DNA of 37,490 nt. Origin: an uncultured virus (IMG/VR IMGVR_UViG_3300042993_000002). Taxonomy: Duplodnaviria; Heunggongvirae; Uroviricota; Caudoviricetes. Where the stretch lies: the IMG/VR virus record IMGVR_UViG_3300042993_000002. The stretch is one strand, 5' to 3'. Shown piece after piece: positions 34,627 to 37,490 of the stretch; position 1 is the first letter of the stretch, and each line of letters opens with the position of its first letter. The notes beneath the pieces were generated by a model that was not told where the DNA came from, ran no database searches, and was given only the letters and a program-made list of their open reading frames with translations. The translations under genes were made by a program, and so were the position numbers.

Positions 34627-34681
34627 TAACAGCGTATCCTTATCATGCTAGTTTGAAGCTTGTTTGCTTCTTGTGTGGCGT

Positions 34682-34709
34682 ATTCTACAGCGTTTGCTAG
34701 TAGTGTCAA
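34682..34709 (-). promoter_or_regulatory. early sigma70 promoter
   Basis: TTGACA-16-TAGAAT. Confidence 0.75.
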
Positions 34710-34717
34710 CCATGAAT

Positions 34718-35092
34718 TCAGCTATTTTTGCAGTAAAACCAAACCATTACAGCGACACAGAGACAACACTTGAAAGCTTTTTGAGGATCAATGTGAGTTA
34801 GGTATTGCTCCCACTGCGAGGGGAGACGTTCGTTAGAACGATCAATCAACTCTTTTTCAACTGTCTGGACAATGCCTAAAGCTTTATCCTTTTGAGCTTG
34901 AAGTTTTTCCCGCTGTACTTTGATATACAAACGGCTTTCAATTTCTTGCTCTTCTGGCACCTTGCCAGCTTTAACAGTTGCCTCTAATTCCTTTTCTAAC
35001 TTATCAAGGTTGTCTAGCTTTTCTTCTACTGGTGAAAGTCTGTATCGAAGCGGTTTAACAGGCTTTACAACTGTAACACGCAATCCAGCCAT
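34718..35092 (-). CDS. coiled-coil protein with hydrophobic C-terminal tail
   Basis: TAATG coupling at 35092; C-terminal CCLCVAVMVWFYC. Confidence 0.7.
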   Translation of the reverse strand: MAGLRVTVVKPVKPLRYRLSPVEEKLDNLDKLEKELEATVKAGKVPEEQEIESRLYIKVQREKLQAQKDKALGIVQTVEKELIDRSNERLPSQWEQYLTHIDPQKAFKCCLCVAVMVWFYCKNS

Positions 35093-35211
35093 TAAATAGC
35101 CACGTACCACACGCCACGTTCTTTAAACAGCTTACAATGCGTTCCACGTTCGGCATGCATTACAGCAACGGCACTTGCAAAGTTTACGTTTGGGAATCCG
35201 AAAACTTGCAT
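35092..35211 (-). CDS. small hypothetical protein (39 aa)
   Basis: GGAG RBS; TAATG coupling at both ends; MQVFGFPNVNFASAVAV... Confidence 0.6.
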   Translation of the reverse strand: MQVFGFPNVNFASAVAVMHAERGTHCKLFKERGVWYVAI

Positions 35212-35354
35212 TACTCATCACTCCCTTTCATGCTGTAAGAGCGGCGCCCGTTAGGACTGGAACGCTTGCCTTGTGCTGCTTTGCGTGCTTCTTTCTTTGC
35301 TTGCTCATATTCATAAGCAGTTGCGAATTCATTTGCTTTTACTGGACGGCTCAA
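35211..35354 (-). CDS. small basic protein (47 aa, TTG start)
   Basis: AGGAG RBS right after a promoter; MSRPVKANEF...GKRSSPNGRRSY. Confidence 0.6.
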   Translation of the reverse strand: MSRPVKANEFATAYEYEQAKKEARKAAQGKRSSPNGRRSYSMKGSDE

Positions 35355-35388
35355 GTTTGTTTCTCCTAATGATCTAAATTATGTGCCC

Positions 35389-35416
35389 ATTATAAAGGAA
35401 TGGACTAACCTGTAAA
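35389..35416 (-). promoter_or_regulatory. early sigma70 promoter
   Basis: TTTACA-16-TATAAT; GTCCATT/AATGGGC stem. Confidence 0.75.
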
Positions 35417-35419
35417 GCT

Positions 35420-35719
35420 TTATTTGAAACTAATTTCACGACCACCCATGCGGACACTTTGAATAGTTTCCATATTGACATTCCGAAACTGTTCTTTACC
35501 GTTCTTATCTTTCTGTGCTAGCACTACAGTTAGATACTTTTCAATATGCTTTGTAGTGTTACCGCCATCATGGCCTTCTACCTTGCGAATATGGCCAGTC
35601 AGCTTGCGTTCTGTGCCATCTTTCTTGATGAATGTAACACCGAACCATTTAGAGCCATTGGACTTGATCAAGGTGGCTACAGCCTTCGACACAGCATCAG
35701 TCTTTACTACTTGAAGCAT
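35420..35719 (-). CDS. Sm/SH3-like beta-barrel protein (WYL_2/DUF2693-like)
   Basis: FGVTFIKKDGTER...FRNVNMETI. Confidence 0.78.
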   Translation of the reverse strand: MLQVVKTDAVSKAVATLIKSNGSKWFGVTFIKKDGTERKLTGHIRKVEGHDGGNTTKHIEKYLTVVLAQKDKNGKEQFRNVNMETIQSVRMGGREISFK

Positions 35720-35747
35720 TTCTAATCCCCTTTGTTAGTGTGCCGCT

Positions 35748-35776
35748 ATTCTAAGGTTAGCGGCTTACCCTGTCAA
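35748..35776 (-). promoter_or_regulatory. early sigma70 promoter
   Basis: TTGACA-17-TAGAAT; perfect GCCGCTA/TAGCGGC stem. Confidence 0.82.
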
Positions 35777-35792
35777 CCCTTTTAAAACCCTT

Positions 35793-37058
35793 TTAAACGA
35801 TTCGTTTAACTTTGTGCGTTGTTGCCAAGTTGTAATCCAGCATTACCACACGGCTAGCCGCTTCTGCAATCTGTACTTGCAATGCTTTAACTTGAGCTTC
35901 CAAGTCAGCCTTGGCCTTAACAGTTTCCTCAATCCGTTGCAAGAACTCAGCAACAGATAGCGAATTAGTTTCTTCCATATCCATCGGTAACACTTCAATA
36001 TAACGTAAGTCAAGTGAAGTCTGATTACCTGTAGCCATCGATGTGAAGTATGGGTCTGATGATCTGTCGTCTCGTGTGAACTTCCACAGAGAGCCGTCCT
36101 TATATTGAACCACAGTAACGTCTACAATCAACCCAACCCGCTGTGCTGGCGTCATTTCTTTAGCCAAACTTTCATCCCACTTGTGTTCAATATGGTGAAT
36201 CAGTTCTTCAAGTTGTTGCAAGCGATTAGCACCATAGGTGCCTTTCCACTTATTATTAAATCGATTCCACGCACTTTCCGCTGCTTCTTTGCCAACCTCG
36301 TCAGGATGATTGACAGGGTAGTGATAGTTCCCGCTATAGCTTGGGACTTGGCGGATGATGTTATCTTTAATCAGCGCCATTGTATCACTGTTTACACCGT
36401 TCGGCGTACAGCGATGGATATTATCACAGATGCCATATCCAGTGTAAAACAGGTTGTCGTCTACAGTCATACCGTCATTAGCACGGCAAGCGATTGCACG
36501 TGTACGCATTGTATTGAATGTATCTAGTGCCGCTTGCTGGATTGGCGAGCGAATTGATGCAGCTATGACATGGATATCAACCTGAATCATACTCATAAGC
36601 TGGTTATTCGTTGGCACTACTGGAGCGGGCTGTTGTGCTGGTACAGCTTCCATTAGTTCAACATGATCTAGATCGACATAACGTTTCATCCCGTTGTCAA
36701 TACGTTCGAAGTATGGGACACGTGAATCATCATCTTTAACCAGACGAATCAAAACACCTTCACAGAAATTCTTAGTTTCACGTTCTTTCATACGGACAAC
36801 ATCGCCAACTTTAATGCCCATTCGACCGGCTGGCGTATCTGGGAATTGTGCCACTTCTACAGGCGTCTGGATAACTTCAAAGTTTTTAAGCCACTCACAC
36901 ATTGAATGTTCATCGCCTACAGTTCTGAAGTATGGGCAATTGCTGCCATCATCTGTGCTAAGAATCCAAGTAAAGCTTTTATAACGGGAAGAATCACCAA
37001 TGTAACGAAGTTGGGTAACGCCTTCAATGATGCCTTGATCTTGAGCGGGAGTAGTCAT
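35793..37058 (-). CDS. multi-domain early protein with three TPA..G..DDxSxxPYF repeats and a C-terminal coiled coil
   Basis: 421-aa ORF with own promoter and RBS; internal repeats visible. Confidence 0.82.
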   Translation of the reverse strand: MTTPAQDQGIIEGVTQLRYIGDSSRYKSFTWILSTDDGSNCPYFRTVGDEHSMCEWLKNFEVIQTPVEVAQFPDTPAGRMGIKVGDVVRMKERETKNFCEGVLIRLVKDDDSRVPYFERIDNGMKRYVDLDHVELMEAVPAQQPAPVVPTNNQLMSMIQVDIHVIAASIRSPIQQAALDTFNTMRTRAIACRANDGMTVDDNLFYTGYGICDNIHRCTPNGVNSDTMALIKDNIIRQVPSYSGNYHYPVNHPDEVGKEAAESAWNRFNNKWKGTYGANRLQQLEELIHHIEHKWDESLAKEMTPAQRVGLIVDVTVVQYKDGSLWKFTRDDRSSDPYFTSMATGNQTSLDLRYIEVLPMDMEETNSLSVAEFLQRIEETVKAKADLEAQVKALQVQIAEAASRVVMLDYNLATTHKVKRIV

Positions 37059-37106
37059 TACGTTTCTCTTTCCTTGCCGTTAGTGGCGTTCTGTTTGTGT
37101 GGCGCC

Positions 37107-37134
37107 ATCTTATCACTATCCGGTATTGCGTCAA
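37107..37134 (-). promoter_or_regulatory. early sigma70 promoter
   Basis: TTGACG-16-TAAGAT. Confidence 0.72.
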
Positions 37135-37216
37135 CACCTTTTTGATCTAATGACGAAAATACTTTGTGCTATTACAGAAGCCGAAAGGCTGTCTACTAGA
37201 TGAACCGGGCGTGTGC

Positions 37217-37244
37217 GTGATACAGGATAATTTATTTTTGTCAA
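37217..37244 (-). promoter_or_regulatory. sigma70 promoter (leftward member of a divergent pair)
   Basis: TTGACA-16-TATCAC. Confidence 0.5.
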
Positions 37245-37248
37245 GGGG

Positions 37249-37276
37249 TTGCATTCGTTGTTCAAAGGCGTAGAAT
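37249..37276 (+). promoter_or_regulatory. sigma70 promoter (rightward, divergent)
   Basis: TTGCAT-16-TAGAAT with AT-rich upstream. Confidence 0.65.
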
Positions 37277-37282
37277 CATACA

Positions 37283-37365
37283 CAGCGGGCAACGGAGCAC
37301 GGAGTGCGACCACCGGAGACAATCACCGGGAGAGCCTGAGATTTACCGTTCGTCGGGTTGCCAAC
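37283..37365 (+). ncRNA. candidate small structured RNA with four GGA motifs
   Basis: Downstream of the promoter with no clear ORF; GGCAAC/GTTGCC closing stem; GCAC-GGA-GTGC hairpin. Confidence 0.3.
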
Positions 37366-37372
37366 AAAGTGC

Positions 37373-37400
37373 TTGCATTGAATAATCAGGGTGGTAATCT
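37373..37400 (+). promoter_or_regulatory. second rightward sigma70 promoter
   Basis: TTGCAT-16-TAATCT. Confidence 0.55.
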
Positions 37401-37490
37401 GGCTTCACTTTAAAACCTTTGATCAGTCGTCAAGGGGATCACTTGCCCCAGCGCCAACTGAGCGAGGCTTGATTGTGCCTGTGTGGTTTG

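Noticed and set aside
35140..35149. Partial parS (CGTTCCACGT); also a CGTGGAACA half-site near 31696
   Set aside because: Only half-sites, inside coding sequence; could be chance.
37335..37362. Hammerhead-like CTGAGA core
   Set aside because: No downstream GAAA or compatible three-stem junction found by eye.

Overview
A 37.5 kb segment of a lytic dsDNA tailed phage genome, with no rRNA, tRNA, CRISPR or host housekeeping context. Gene content resembles ~100 kb Pseudomonas myoviruses of the phiPsa374/Otagovirus or PAK_P1 type; this is an inference, not a search result. (1) 1-25711, + strand: a dense, translationally coupled block of metabolism and counter-defence genes. It holds PhoH, a ClpP-like protease, a Rha/ANT antirepressor, dCMP deaminase, an SF1 helicase, DNA ligase, an HD hydrolase, a metallophosphoesterase, RNA ligase with a kinase, a PRPS-like and NAMPT-like pair (probable NARP1 NAD+ reconstitution), an HNH endonuclease, a macrodomain, HAD and SLOG proteins, and a TelA-vWA-TerC-TerD cluster. 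(2) ~25770-26730: a non-coding convergence zone with a Pseudomonas-type parS palindrome and an array of short GNA-loop hairpins. (3) 26733-37244, - strand: an early-type array of small genes, most with their own sigma70 promoter, often with a hairpin built over the -10 box. It includes a terminator-insulated DGQHR/DndB (ParB-superfamily) gene whose 5' leader carries a second, identical parS. The parS plus DGQHR arrangement is the best candidate for an undescribed system. All calls come from reading motifs by eye; no database searches were run.
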